Assembly (NCBI GenBank): GCA_963810935.1
Contig: CAWEPK010000017.1
Span: forward strand, 160,001-224,000
Direction: 5' to 3'
Length of the DNA stretch: 64,000 bases
Source: an uncultured delta proteobacterium
GTDB lineage: Bacteria > Desulfobacterota > Syntrophorhabdia > Syntrophorhabdales > WCHB1-27
The translations under genes were made by a program, and so were the position numbers. Every line of letters begins with the position of its first letter. Position 1 is the first letter of the stretch. Positions 36,870-45,794 of this stretch are shown here, piece by piece. Under the pieces are notes generated by a model. It had not been told where the DNA came from, searched no databases, and was given only the letters and a program-made list of their open reading frames with translations.

Positions 36870-38132
36870 CTATCCCTCCTTTATGCCCCTCTTCGCCCTG
36901 TAGTCCATGATCATCGCCTTGAGCCGCGTGGCCAAGAACGTCGTCTCATAAACCTTGTCGCCGCCGTAAATCTCGATGGGCGACTTCGCGCTGAGGTCCT
37001 TCGTCCCTTCGTGGAGGATCTTCAGCGACTCCTCCTCCTTGTTGCCGCAAAGCAGCAGCAGGCATGGGAAGTCGGGCCTCTTGGGCAGCTCCTCACGCAG
37101 GATCTTCACGATGCCGTGGGCATGGTGCCATTGCTCCTGGTTGGCGTACATGAACCCGCCCAGGAAATAGGCCTCAATGCCGGGCTGGGCAAAAATGACC
37201 TTTGCCGCCCTGTAGACCTTGGAGGCAGGCGGGTTGCCGCTGGTGTCCGCATAGTTTGCGATCTTGAGGCCCTGGCGCGTGATGGCGTCTACGCCCAAAA
37301 TGGCGCCGCCGCCGCCTAAGCCGTGGTAGCCCACGTAGCCGAGCCCCTTGATCTCCGGGACCATCTGGGCAATGTACGCTGTGCCGCGCAGGTCCCCTTC
37401 CTCGATGCCCCATGCGATCTTGTCGAGCTCCGTAGGCGCCGTCGTTGCCTCACGGGCGACTTCGATGCCGAACTCGGGATGGCGGAAAACGGAGGAATCG
37501 TCTATGGCGATGCGGCAGTCGGCCGCCAGTACCTTGCCTTCCTTGGTAAGTACCAGGGGGTTGATCTCGGCGATCCTGCAATGGTACTTCACGAAGGTCT
37601 GGTACAGACCCATGATGGCCTGTCCGACGGCGGGGAGTATCTTGGTCGGCACATTCAGGCCGACAGCGAGGTTGTAAGCATCAAAAAGCTTGAAGCCCCG
37701 CAGGACGTCCACCTTTACCGTCCTGATCTTGTCCTCGGGCACCGATTCGATGTCCATACCGCCTTCCGTGCTGAACATGACGACCGGACACCGGGAATCC
37801 TTGGACGGGTCGATGATGATGCCGACGTAGTATTCCGTCTCGATGGCCAGCTTTTCCTCGACCAGGACCTTCTCGACCTTCCACGACTTCAGCTCCGTGC
37901 CCAGAAGGCCCGCTGCAGCGCCTTCCGCATCCTTCGGGCTGTCGGCGAACTTGATGCCGCCCGCCTTGCCCCTGCCGCCGGCCCACACCTGGGCCTTCAC
38001 GGCCACGGGCTTGCCGATCGTCCCGGCGATGCGGCCCGCCTCTTCGGCGGACGTAGCGACCTCGCCTTTCGGCGTCGCCACCTTGGCCTCCCTGAGGATC
38101 TGCTTGCCCTGAAATTCATATAACCGAGCCAT
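36870..38132 (-). CDS. Divergent ADP-forming acyl-CoA synthetase beta subunit (ATP-grasp; SucC/MtkA/ACL-like)
   Basis: MARLYEFQGK, KAQVWAGGRGKAGGI, VLVEE, GGMDIE, EINPL; ligase domain GLGGGGA...ANYADTSGNP; RBS AGGAGGTG before ATG 38132. Confidence 0.88.
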   Translation of the reverse strand: MARLYEFQGKQILREAKVATPKGEVATSAEEAGRIAGTIGKPVAVKAQVWAGGRGKAGGIKFADSPKDAEGAAAGLLGTELKSWKVEKVLVEEKLAIETEYYVGIIIDPSKDSRCPVVMFSTEGGMDIESVPEDKIRTVKVDVLRGFKLFDAYNLAVGLNVPTKILPAVGQAIMGLYQTFVKYHCRIAEINPLVLTKEGKVLAADCRIAIDDSSVFRHPEFGIEVAREATTAPTELDKIAWGIEEGDLRGTAYIAQMVPEIKGLGYVGYHGLGGGGAILGVDAITRQGLKIANYADTSGNPPASKVYRAAKVIFAQPGIEAYFLGGFMYANQEQWHHAHGIVKILREELPKRPDFPCLLLLCGNKEEESLKILHEGTKDLSAKSPIEIYGGDKVYETTFLATRLKAMIMDYRAKRGIKEG

Positions 38133-38242
38133 TATCACCTCCTGAATGGTGTCACACGTCTTTATGAGAACGCAGGACGGACCGACACGGCCCCGAAACG
38201 CCGGCCAAATCATCGGTCCCGAAACATCTCGCTAATGTTATT

Positions 38243-38278
38243 GTATAAGTATACCAAACCATAGGGGGGGCCTGTCAA
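38243..38278 (-). promoter_or_regulatory. Promoter of the CoA-ligase operon, overlapped by a palindromic operator candidate
   Basis: Minus strand TTGACA-N19-TATACT with TG extended -10 (TGgTATACT); palindrome GTATA-AG-TATAC at 38243-38254. Confidence 0.55.
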
Positions 38279-38353
38279 GCACAATCTCTACAGCCTTTTG
38301 TTAATTTAATATTGACATAAAGTTGTAAGGTTGTTATATAAATTAGGCACAAC

Positions 38354-39097
38354 ATGTTCAGACAAATCAAGATACGCCACGTAGCGGAAGAAGTCTTCGA
38401 CCAGATCAAGTCCGCCATCGAGACCGGCAAGCTGAAACCGGGCGAGAAGCTGCCTGCCGAGAGGGAGCTTATGGGCCAGCTCGGGGTCAGCCGCGTTCCG
38501 ATCCGGGAGGCCCTGAAGCTGCTTTCGAACATGGGCCTGATCGAGACGAGGCAGGGCGGGGGCAGCTACGTCCGCGCGCTCCTCTCGGACCGCTTGCTCG
38601 ACCCTCTGGGCGCCATCATAGCCGACAGCGCGGAGAAGCTCTTCGAGCTGGTCGAGGTGCGCAGGGAAATCGAGACATGGTCGGCATGCTACGCCGCGAA
38701 AGAGGCGAGCCCGGTGGAAATCGCCGACATCGGCCGCGTGCTCCGGGAAATGAAGATGCATGTCGATTCCGGCTCCAGGGTGCCGGTCAGCCTCGATATA
38801 GAATTTCACCGCGCCATTGCCCAGGCCAGCTCCAATACGATACGGGCGCACCTGTTCCATACCATCCTGGCCATATTTTCCGATTATTTCAGGCTTACCA
38901 TAGAGACCATCTGCCCGCACGAAGACGACCAGCGCCGCCTCTACGATCAGCACGTGGAGATATTCAACGCCATTAAAGACCGCGACGCCAAGCAGGCCCG
39001 CGACGCCATAACCCAGCACCTTACGTTCGTTGCGGAGGAATTGAAAAAACAGATGCCGATGGCCGGCCTGAAAACGGTTGCGCCGGCAGAAGAGTAA
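38354..39097 (+). CDS. GntR/FadR-family regulator (GlcC/LldR/PdhR-like)
   Basis: LKPGEKLPAERELMGQLGVSRVPIREAL, RQGGGSYV, DIEFHRAIA, H...H in the FCD domain; TTGACA at 38312. Confidence 0.92.
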   Translation: MFRQIKIRHVAEEVFDQIKSAIETGKLKPGEKLPAERELMGQLGVSRVPIREALKLLSNMGLIETRQGGGSYVRALLSDRLLDPLGAIIADSAEKLFELVEVRREIETWSACYAAKEASPVEIADIGRVLREMKMHVDSGSRVPVSLDIEFHRAIAQASSNTIRAHLFHTILAIFSDYFRLTIETICPHEDDQRRLYDQHVEIFNAIKDRDAKQARDAITQHLTFVAEELKKQMPMAGLKTVAPAEE

Positions 39098-39201
39098 GAC
39101 TTAAAAAAAACACGCCAGGGAGCCTTTCCGGGCCGGCCCGGCTCCCGCTTCAGCTACCATGGGGCGGCGAAAACGATAAAAAAGCCGCAGGAAAAAAATC
39201 C

Positions 39202-39230
39202 TTGACAGGATGATCCTCTTATCCTAATCT
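39202..39230 (+). promoter_or_regulatory. Putative sigma70 promoter with operator-like palindrome in the spacer
   Basis: TTGACA-N17-TAATCT ending 9 nt before ATG 39240 (near-leaderless); AGGAT-G-ATCCT palindrome. Confidence 0.55.
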
Positions 39231-39239
39231 GCATATCAT

Positions 39240-39935
39240 ATGAAGATTATAAGATCGAGCGACGTCGTGGTGAAACGACTGCTCGAGCTGATAATGAAAG
39301 GCGAGATAACGCCCGGCGATAAGCTTCCCGCGACCGAGAACCTGGCAAAGACGATGGGGACCAGCGTCATATCCGCCAGGGAAGCGATGAAGAACCTCGA
39401 GGTGATCGGGATCGTCGAGATCAGCCACGGCAGGGGCATTTTCCTGACGAGGGGCGCGCCGGTCATGGAGGAGCTGCTGGAGGCCCGGAAGGTGATCGAG
39501 TCCTACAGCGCGGTTGCGGCTGCGCAGAAGAAGGACGCCTGCGCCATCGGCCGGATAGAGCAGCTTTTGCGCGAGATGGACAGGGCGAGCGCCGAGGGCG
39601 ACATCGATTCGTACAGCGAGATGGACTACGAGTTCCATCTGGCCATAGGCAAGGCGGCCGGGAATCGCATCATGTTCAAGATGCTGGAGAACATCAGGGA
39701 GCTGCTGCGGTACCAGCAAACGACCGTCAACAGGATCCCGGACATCATGCACACCTCCTCGGTGCGCCATCACGAGATATTCAAGGCCATCGCGAAGGGG
39801 GACGGCGCAAAAGCCGGCTCCATAATGGAGAAGCACCTCAGCGAAGTCATCGATTCCTGGAAAAAGCATATACGCCCGCAAGGGCAGAAGACTGTGAACA
39901 AGAATCCCATCGATCAAGGAGGACGATATGCGTAG
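39240..39935 (+). CDS. GntR/FadR-family regulator
   Basis: PGDKLPATENLAK, AREAMKNLE, HGRGIF, DYEFHLAI, HHEIFKAI. Confidence 0.9.
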   Translation: MKIIRSSDVVVKRLLELIMKGEITPGDKLPATENLAKTMGTSVISAREAMKNLEVIGIVEISHGRGIFLTRGAPVMEELLEARKVIESYSAVAAAQKKDACAIGRIEQLLREMDRASAEGDIDSYSEMDYEFHLAIGKAAGNRIMFKMLENIRELLRYQQTTVNRIPDIMHTSSVRHHEIFKAIAKGDGAKAGSIMEKHLSEVIDSWKKHIRPQGQKTVNKNPIDQGGRYA

Positions 39936-41196
39936 CGGGCGACTCTCCATTGTCTGTGCGGCTTTTCTGGTTGTGCTTCTGGCGTTGAGCGGCGCGGCCT
40001 TCGCGCAGCAGAAGGTTATAAAAATAGGGGCGGTCTATCCGCTCACGGGCAATATCGCGTCTACGGGGCTTGATTGCAGGCGCGGCGCGGAGCTAGCCGT
40101 AGATATCATAAACGGCAAGTACAACCTCAGCCTGCCGCTTGCAAAAGAGGAAGGCCTGCCCAACCTCGGAGGGGCAAAGCTGGAGCTTATCTTCGCCGAC
40201 ACCAAGGGAGACCCGAAGAACGGCATGTCGGAGGCGGAGAGGCTCGTGTCGCAGGAAAAGGTGGTCGCCATGATCGGGGCGTACCAGAGCTCCGTGACGA
40301 AGACCGCAAGCCAGGCAACGGAAAGGCTGAAGATCCCGTACGTTTGCTCCGACTCTTCTTCCCCCACCCTGACCGAGAGGAATTTCAAGTACTTCTTCAG
40401 GGTCAGCCCGCATGACGGCGGCTTTGCGATGGACCAGTTCCAGTTCCTTAGGGACCTCGAAAAGAAGAAGGGCCAGAAGGTGTCGACCATCGCCCTCCTC
40501 TATGAGAACACCGAGTTCGGCTCGAACGTGGGCAAGGCGGCCAACCAGTACGCCAAAGAGTTCCGCTACAAGGTCGTAGCGGACATCTCGTACGCGGCCA
40601 ACGCGACGGACGTGACGAGCGAGGTGGGCGCCCTCATCAAGGCGAAGCCCGACGTACTGATGCACGCATCGTATATCACCGACGCGATCCTTTTCACGAA
40701 GACCTTCAAAGAGATGAACTTCGCACCCAAGGGCATCATGACGTTTGCCGGCTACATTGAGCCGGGCTACCTGCCGGCAGTTAAGGCGGACGGCAATGAT
40801 ATCATCGTAAGATCGACTTTCGCCCTCGACCTTGCCAAGGGGAAGCCTTTAGTCGGGCAGGTCAACGAGCTGTTCAAAAAGAAATACGGCATCGAGATGA
40901 GCGAGAACGCGGCCCGCAGCTTCGCGGCGCCTTTCGTGCTCGCGGACGCGATCAACAGGGCCAAATCGACGAAGAGCGAAGACATAGTCAAGGCGCTTCT
41001 GGCAACGAATATCCCCGGCGACCAGATGATCTACCCGTGGAAAGGCATCAAGTTCGATCCGAAGACGCACCAGAACATATACGCCAGGGGCACGCTCGTG
41101 CAGATACAGAACCAGGAGTATTCGACTATCTGGCCCTTCGACGCAGCCGCGAAGGACGTCATATGGCCGTTCCCCGGATGGCAGGGGAGGAAATAA
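39928..41196 (+). CDS. ABC transporter substrate-binding protein (Liv/HAAT family)
   Basis: Signal peptide; IKIGAVYPLTG, GAYQSSVT, YENTEFG, LADAINRA. Confidence 0.9.
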   Translation: MRSGRLSIVCAAFLVVLLALSGAAFAQQKVIKIGAVYPLTGNIASTGLDCRRGAELAVDIINGKYNLSLPLAKEEGLPNLGGAKLELIFADTKGDPKNGMSEAERLVSQEKVVAMIGAYQSSVTKTASQATERLKIPYVCSDSSSPTLTERNFKYFFRVSPHDGGFAMDQFQFLRDLEKKKGQKVSTIALLYENTEFGSNVGKAANQYAKEFRYKVVADISYAANATDVTSEVGALIKAKPDVLMHASYITDAILFTKTFKEMNFAPKGIMTFAGYIEPGYLPAVKADGNDIIVRSTFALDLAKGKPLVGQVNELFKKKYGIEMSENAARSFAAPFVLADAINRAKSTKSEDIVKALLATNIPGDQMIYPWKGIKFDPKTHQNIYARGTLVQIQNQEYSTIWPFDAAAKDVIWPFPGWQGRK

Positions 41197-42057
41197 GTGC
41201 CTGAGCAGCTACTCCAGCAAATCATAAACGGCCTCCTGATCGGGTTCATGTACTCCCTGATCGCGATCGGGCTGACCCTCATATGGGGCGTCATGAACAT
41301 CATCAATTTCGCGCACGGCGATTTCCTGATGGTGGGCATGTTCGCCTCTTTCTGGCTCTATACGCTCTACGGTATAGACCCCCTCTTCTCGATCCCCCTC
41401 TGCGCCTTGCTGCTGTTCGTAATGGGGGTCATCATCTATCGTTTCGTCGTGAGCAAGGTAATGCGCGGGCCGATGCTGGCGCAGCTCGTCGTCACGTTCG
41501 GCATCAGCATCTTTATCGCCAACCTCGCCGTCTACCTGTGGACGCCCGACTTCCGGCTCATCGACAAGACGCTGCTTTCCGGCACCTGGCACATCGGCAA
41601 CATACAGTTGAGCATCCCGAAAACGGTCGCCTCCATCGGCAGCATCATCACCTCCGGCGCCCTTTTCCTCTTTTTGAAGAAGACGCGCACCGGCAAGGCA
41701 ATCCTCGCGACGGAGATGGACAGGGAGGCGGCCCTCCTCATGGGCATCAACACCGAGCGCATAAATTCTTTTTCCTTCGGGTTGGGCGCGTCCCTGGTCG
41801 GCATAGCGGGGGCGTTCCTCTCCACCTACTATTACATCTATCCGCAGGTAGGGGGCCTTTTCGGCACCATCGCCTTTTCCATAGTGGCTTTAGGCGGCTT
41901 CGGCAGCATATCGGGTGCCTTCATCGCGGGCATCCTCGTCGGTCTCGTTCAAACCCTGGGCGGGTTCTTTTTCGACCCCGCTTACAAATACGCCATCGTG
42001 TTCATGATCTACCTTATCACCGTATGGATCAGACCACAGGGGCTTTTAGGCTGGTAG
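41197..42057 (+). CDS. livH: HAAT ABC permease (LivH-like)
   Basis: GLTLIWGVMNIINFAHG, LMGIN, LGGFGSISGA, IRPQGLLG. Confidence 0.9.
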   Translation: MPEQLLQQIINGLLIGFMYSLIAIGLTLIWGVMNIINFAHGDFLMVGMFASFWLYTLYGIDPLFSIPLCALLLFVMGVIIYRFVVSKVMRGPMLAQLVVTFGISIFIANLAVYLWTPDFRLIDKTLLSGTWHIGNIQLSIPKTVASIGSIITSGALFLFLKKTRTGKAILATEMDREAALLMGINTERINSFSFGLGASLVGIAGAFLSTYYYIYPQVGGLFGTIAFSIVALGGFGSISGAFIAGILVGLVQTLGGFFFDPAYKYAIVFMIYLITVWIRPQGLLGW

Positions 42058-42061
42058 CGGC

Positions 42062-43027
42062 ATGAGAGGCTTCACTCATAGGCAAATCCTGATCGGCGCG
42101 CTCGCGCTGGCCTTCCTTATCGCGCTGCCCCTGTTCATGACGAATACCTTCTTCCAGCACATTATGATCCTCGTCTTCATGTTCGGCGTAATGGGCGTGG
42201 CGTGGAACATCATGGGCGGATACGCGGGCATGTTCTCCTTCGGCCAGGTCGCCTTCTTCGGCATAGGGGCGTATACGTCGTCCTTCCTTCTGATCACCTA
42301 CGGCGTCAACCCCTGGATAGGGCTCGTCGCCGGGGGGCTCGTCTCGGCAGGCGTTGCCGCGGCCTTAGGGTATCCCTGCTCGAACCTGCGGGGCCATTAC
42401 TTCGCGATAGCGAGCATAGCCTTCGGCGAGATCGTCCGTACGCATTTCAACAACTGGAAGCTCGTGGGAGCGGCGGAGGGGCTGTCGCTGCCCATGCTCG
42501 AAGGGGGCATGAAAAACTTCATGTTCCACACCTCTAAGCTCCCCTATTATTACATAATACTGGCGTTCCTGGTCCTCGCCGTCGTTGTCTGCCGGCTGGT
42601 GAGCACGTCGAAGATGGGGTACTATTTCCGCGCCATCAAGGAGAGCCACGAGGTGGCGCAGGTCCTCGGCATCAACGTCGCCTGGTACCGGCTGATCGCC
42701 ATTATGGTGAGCGCCTTCCTGACCGCCATGGCAGGCACCTTCTACGCCCAGTATATCCTTTACATCGACCCGGACAGCGTTATGATCCTGCCCGTCTCCG
42801 TGCAGGTCGTCCTCATATCGATGCTCGGCGGCGCAGGCACGGTGATAGGCCCGGTCATAGGCGCGCTGATCCTGGTCCCTATCTCCGAGGTGACGCGCGT
42901 CTGGCTCGGCAATAAAGGGACAGGCATCGACATGCTCGTTTACGGGTTCCTCATCACCATGATATCGGTTTACCAGCCGAAGGGCGTCTGGGGGTTTTTA
43001 GTAAGCACGGGGAAGAGGGTGCGATGA
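42062..43027 (+). CDS. livM: HAAT ABC permease (LivM-like)
   Basis: WNIMGGYAGMFSFGQVAFFGIGAY, LRGHYFAIAS, LGGAGTVIGP, PKGVWG. Confidence 0.9.
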   Translation: MRGFTHRQILIGALALAFLIALPLFMTNTFFQHIMILVFMFGVMGVAWNIMGGYAGMFSFGQVAFFGIGAYTSSFLLITYGVNPWIGLVAGGLVSAGVAAALGYPCSNLRGHYFAIASIAFGEIVRTHFNNWKLVGAAEGLSLPMLEGGMKNFMFHTSKLPYYYIILAFLVLAVVVCRLVSTSKMGYYFRAIKESHEVAQVLGINVAWYRLIAIMVSAFLTAMAGTFYAQYILYIDPDSVMILPVSVQVVLISMLGGAGTVIGPVIGALILVPISEVTRVWLGNKGTGIDMLVYGFLITMISVYQPKGVWGFLVSTGKRVR

Positions 43028-43764
43028 GTAAAGCGGTCTGTCTGGACGTGCGGGGCGTAACGAAGCTGTTCGGCGGCCTGAAGGCCAACGAAGACGTCAG
43101 CTTCTCCGTTGAGGAAGGTGAGATAGTCAGCGTCATCGGGCCGAACGGCGCGGGGAAATCGACGCTCTTCAACTGCATCACGGGCTTCTATAAGCCGAGC
43201 GCGGGCACCGTCCTTTTCTTCGGCAAGAATATAACACGCTTCCGGGCGGACAAAGTGGTCGCGATGGGGATAGCGCGCACCTTCCAGGTTGTCCAGGTGA
43301 TCGGTGAGATGACCGTCCTCGAAAACGTTATGACGGGGGCGCTCCTCCATTACGTCAAGGTAGCCGGCGCCAGGGAGAAGGCCGAAGAGGTGCTCTCCTT
43401 CACGGGCCTTCTCGAAAAGAAGGACCGCCTGGGCGCCGAGCTTACCATAGCAGACAAAAAGCGGCTGGAAGTCTCGATGGCGCTCGCCACCAAGCCCAGG
43501 CTGCTCATGCTCGACGAATCGATGGCCGGGCTGACCGTCGTGGAGCTGCGGGGCATGATCGATCTTATCAAGGCCGTCAGGGGAAGCGGGATTACACTCG
43601 TGGTCGTCGAACACGTCATGGAGGCGGTCATGGAGATCTCCGACCGCGTCGTCGTGCTCAACTCGGGCAAAAAAATCATGGAGGGGGCGCCCAAAGAGGT
43701 CGTCTCACATCCGGAAGTCATACAGGCATATCTGGGGGACAGGTACCGTGCTGTCGGTCGATAA
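43024..43764 (+). CDS. livG: HAAT ABC ATPase (LivG-like)
   Basis: GPNGAGKST, GIARTFQ, LMLDE, VEH, VIQAYLG. Confidence 0.9.
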   Translation: MSKAVCLDVRGVTKLFGGLKANEDVSFSVEEGEIVSVIGPNGAGKSTLFNCITGFYKPSAGTVLFFGKNITRFRADKVVAMGIARTFQVVQVIGEMTVLENVMTGALLHYVKVAGAREKAEEVLSFTGLLEKKDRLGAELTIADKKRLEVSMALATKPRLLMLDESMAGLTVVELRGMIDLIKAVRGSGITLVVVEHVMEAVMEISDRVVVLNSGKKIMEGAPKEVVSHPEVIQAYLGDRYRAVGR

Positions 43765-44452
43765 CATAACCGTAGGATACAGGGGCCTCATGGCAGTGCA
43801 GGACGTCTCCTTCCACGTCGAGAAGGGTGAAATCGTCAGTCTGGTCGGCTCCAACGGGGCCGGAAAATCAACGTTGCTGAAGACGATTGCGGGCCTCATC
43901 CATCCGCAGGCAGGCCATATCACCTTCGACGGCAAGGCCATCGGCCATACGCCAGCCTACGACATAGTCAAGAAGGGCATATCGATGATACCGGAGGGCA
44001 GGCGGCTTTTCGGGAGGCTCTCCGTCCTCGACAACCTCCTCCTCGGCGCGTACGTCGCAGGCGGAAAAGCCGAGGTCGCACAGAGGCTCGAAAGCGTCTT
44101 CTCACTCTTCCCGATCCTCGCGGACAGGAAGGGACAGAGAGCCGATACCTTCAGCGGCGGGGAACAGCAGCAGCTCGCCATCGCGCGCGGCCTTATGTCG
44201 GGGCCGTCGCTTCTTATGCTCGACGAGCCTTCGCTCGGGCTCATGCCCAAGCTCGTTTCCGAGATATTCAAGGTCATCCGGGAGATCGCCAAAAAGGGCG
44301 TAACCGTGCTGCTCGTCGAGCAGAACGTCTTCGAGGCCTTAGAGACATCGGACCGCGCCTACGTGCTCCAGACGGGACGCATCGTCCTAGAAGGCAAAGG
44401 CGCGGAGCTTATTCAATCGGACCTGGTGCGCAAGGCCTATCTCGGCATGTAG
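43748..44452 (+). CDS. livF: HAAT ABC ATPase (LivF-like)
   Basis: GSNGAGKST, PEGRRLF, FSGGEQQ, LDEPSLGL, VEQN, VRKAYLG. Confidence 0.9.
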   Translation: MLSVDNITVGYRGLMAVQDVSFHVEKGEIVSLVGSNGAGKSTLLKTIAGLIHPQAGHITFDGKAIGHTPAYDIVKKGISMIPEGRRLFGRLSVLDNLLLGAYVAGGKAEVAQRLESVFSLFPILADRKGQRADTFSGGEQQQLAIARGLMSGPSLLMLDEPSLGLMPKLVSEIFKVIREIAKKGVTVLLVEQNVFEALETSDRAYVLQTGRIVLEGKGAELIQSDLVRKAYLGM

Positions 44453-44499
44453 CCATGGTATAATAACCTGAGGGACCACAGGCCGGACAGGAGGTACAT

Positions 44500-45777
44500 A
44501 TGCGCGTTGCCATGAGGTACGGGAAGAAGGGGCTGGAACTTGATCTGCCCGACGACATCGAGGCAACGGTCATACACAAGAAGCATATGCCGGTTGCCCC
44601 TGACAAAGAGGGGGCCGTGCGTGAGGCGCTCTCCAACCCCGTCGGGTGCAGGCCGCTTTCCGAAGAGGCCAAAGGCTGCAAAAATGTCTGCATCTGCATC
44701 TGCGACGTGACGCGGCCCGTCCCGAACGGCATCGTGCTGCCCCCGCTCGTGGACCAGTTGATTGAGGCAGGCGTGGCGCCTGAGGCGATCACCATCCTCG
44801 TCGCCACCGGACTGCACAGGCCGAACGAAGGCAGCGAGCTGCGTGAGATCGTGGGGAGCGACCGGGTCCTTGAGACGGTGCAGGCGGTCAACCATTTCGC
44901 AAAGAACGACGCGGACCACGTTTTTCTCGGCACTACCTCGTGCGGCATGCCGGTCAGGCTCGACAGGCGCTTCGTCGCCGCTGACATGCGCATAGTGGTC
45001 GGCCTTGTAGAGCCCCATTTCATGGCGGGTTACTCCGGCGGCAGGAAGGTCGTGATCCCCGGCGTCGCCCACGAAAAGACCATAGGGAACCTCCACTCTA
45101 CGCGTATGCTGCTCCAGGACATGGTCGACAATACAATCGTGGACAGCAACCCGCTGCATCAGGCGCAGATCGAGGGGACGCGCATGGTCGGACGGATCTA
45201 CGCAGTCAATACAGTCATCGACGAGGAGCGCCGCCTCTCTTACGTCACTTTCGGCGACATGGAGCAAAGCCACCTCAAGGCGGTCGCCTTCGCGCGGCCG
45301 TACTTCGAGATATCGATGGACCGCCGCTTCACCACGGTCGTCACTACCTCCGCCGGCTACCCGCTGGACAGGAACTATTACCAGACGGTCAAGGGGATGG
45401 TCGGCGTTACGGGCATAACCGCGCCCGGCGGCGATATCTTCATCGCCTCCGAGTGCTCGGAAGGGCTGGGCGCGCCCGAGTTCGCCGTCTCTCAGAAGCG
45501 CTTCATAGCCGAGGGCGCCAAGGCGTTCGTCGACGCCACGATGAAGCAGCCCTGCGCGGCAGTCGATGAATGGGAAACGATAATGCTTATTAAGGCGATG
45601 AACGCGGGCGCCGTCCACCTGTACAGCGACCGCCTCAGTGCCGAAGACAAGGCCCTCACCGGCGTCGACTGCGTGAAGTCCCTTTCGGAAGCCGTAATTG
45701 CTTGCCTCCGGAAGAAGGGCGACAAGCAGATAGCCATCGTGCCGGAAGGGCCTTACGTGATACCGAAGGCCGGATAG
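44500..45777 (+). CDS. larA: LarA-family nickel-pincer 2-hydroxy-acid racemase/epimerase
   Basis: DVTRPVP, ATGLHRP, EPHFMAGYSGGRK, IGNLH, GYPLDRNYYQTVKG, ECSEGLG, PEGPY. Confidence 0.88.
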   Translation: MRVAMRYGKKGLELDLPDDIEATVIHKKHMPVAPDKEGAVREALSNPVGCRPLSEEAKGCKNVCICICDVTRPVPNGIVLPPLVDQLIEAGVAPEAITILVATGLHRPNEGSELREIVGSDRVLETVQAVNHFAKNDADHVFLGTTSCGMPVRLDRRFVAADMRIVVGLVEPHFMAGYSGGRKVVIPGVAHEKTIGNLHSTRMLLQDMVDNTIVDSNPLHQAQIEGTRMVGRIYAVNTVIDEERRLSYVTFGDMEQSHLKAVAFARPYFEISMDRRFTTVVTTSAGYPLDRNYYQTVKGMVGVTGITAPGGDIFIASECSEGLGAPEFAVSQKRFIAEGAKAFVDATMKQPCAAVDEWETIMLIKAMNAGAVHLYSDRLSAEDKALTGVDCVKSLSEAVIACLRKKGDKQIAIVPEGPYVIPKAG

Positions 45778-45794
45778 GCCCCGCCTTCTATCAA

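Noticed and set aside
36867..36872. In-frame TAG between ligase beta and ferredoxin as pyrrolysine/readthrough
   Set aside because: A strong RBS (AGGAGG) precedes the adjacent ATG, so translational coupling is sufficient; no pyl genes in the window.
35667..38132. Calling the genes sucC/sucD or mtkA/mtkB
   Set aside because: Specificity motifs differ from both, so gene symbols are withheld.
31082..38132. Reverse TCA cycle (citryl-CoA synthetase/lyase plus PFOR)
   Set aside because: ACL citrate-binding residues are not reproduced, the lyase is CitE-type, no other rTCA genes are present, and the context is catabolic.
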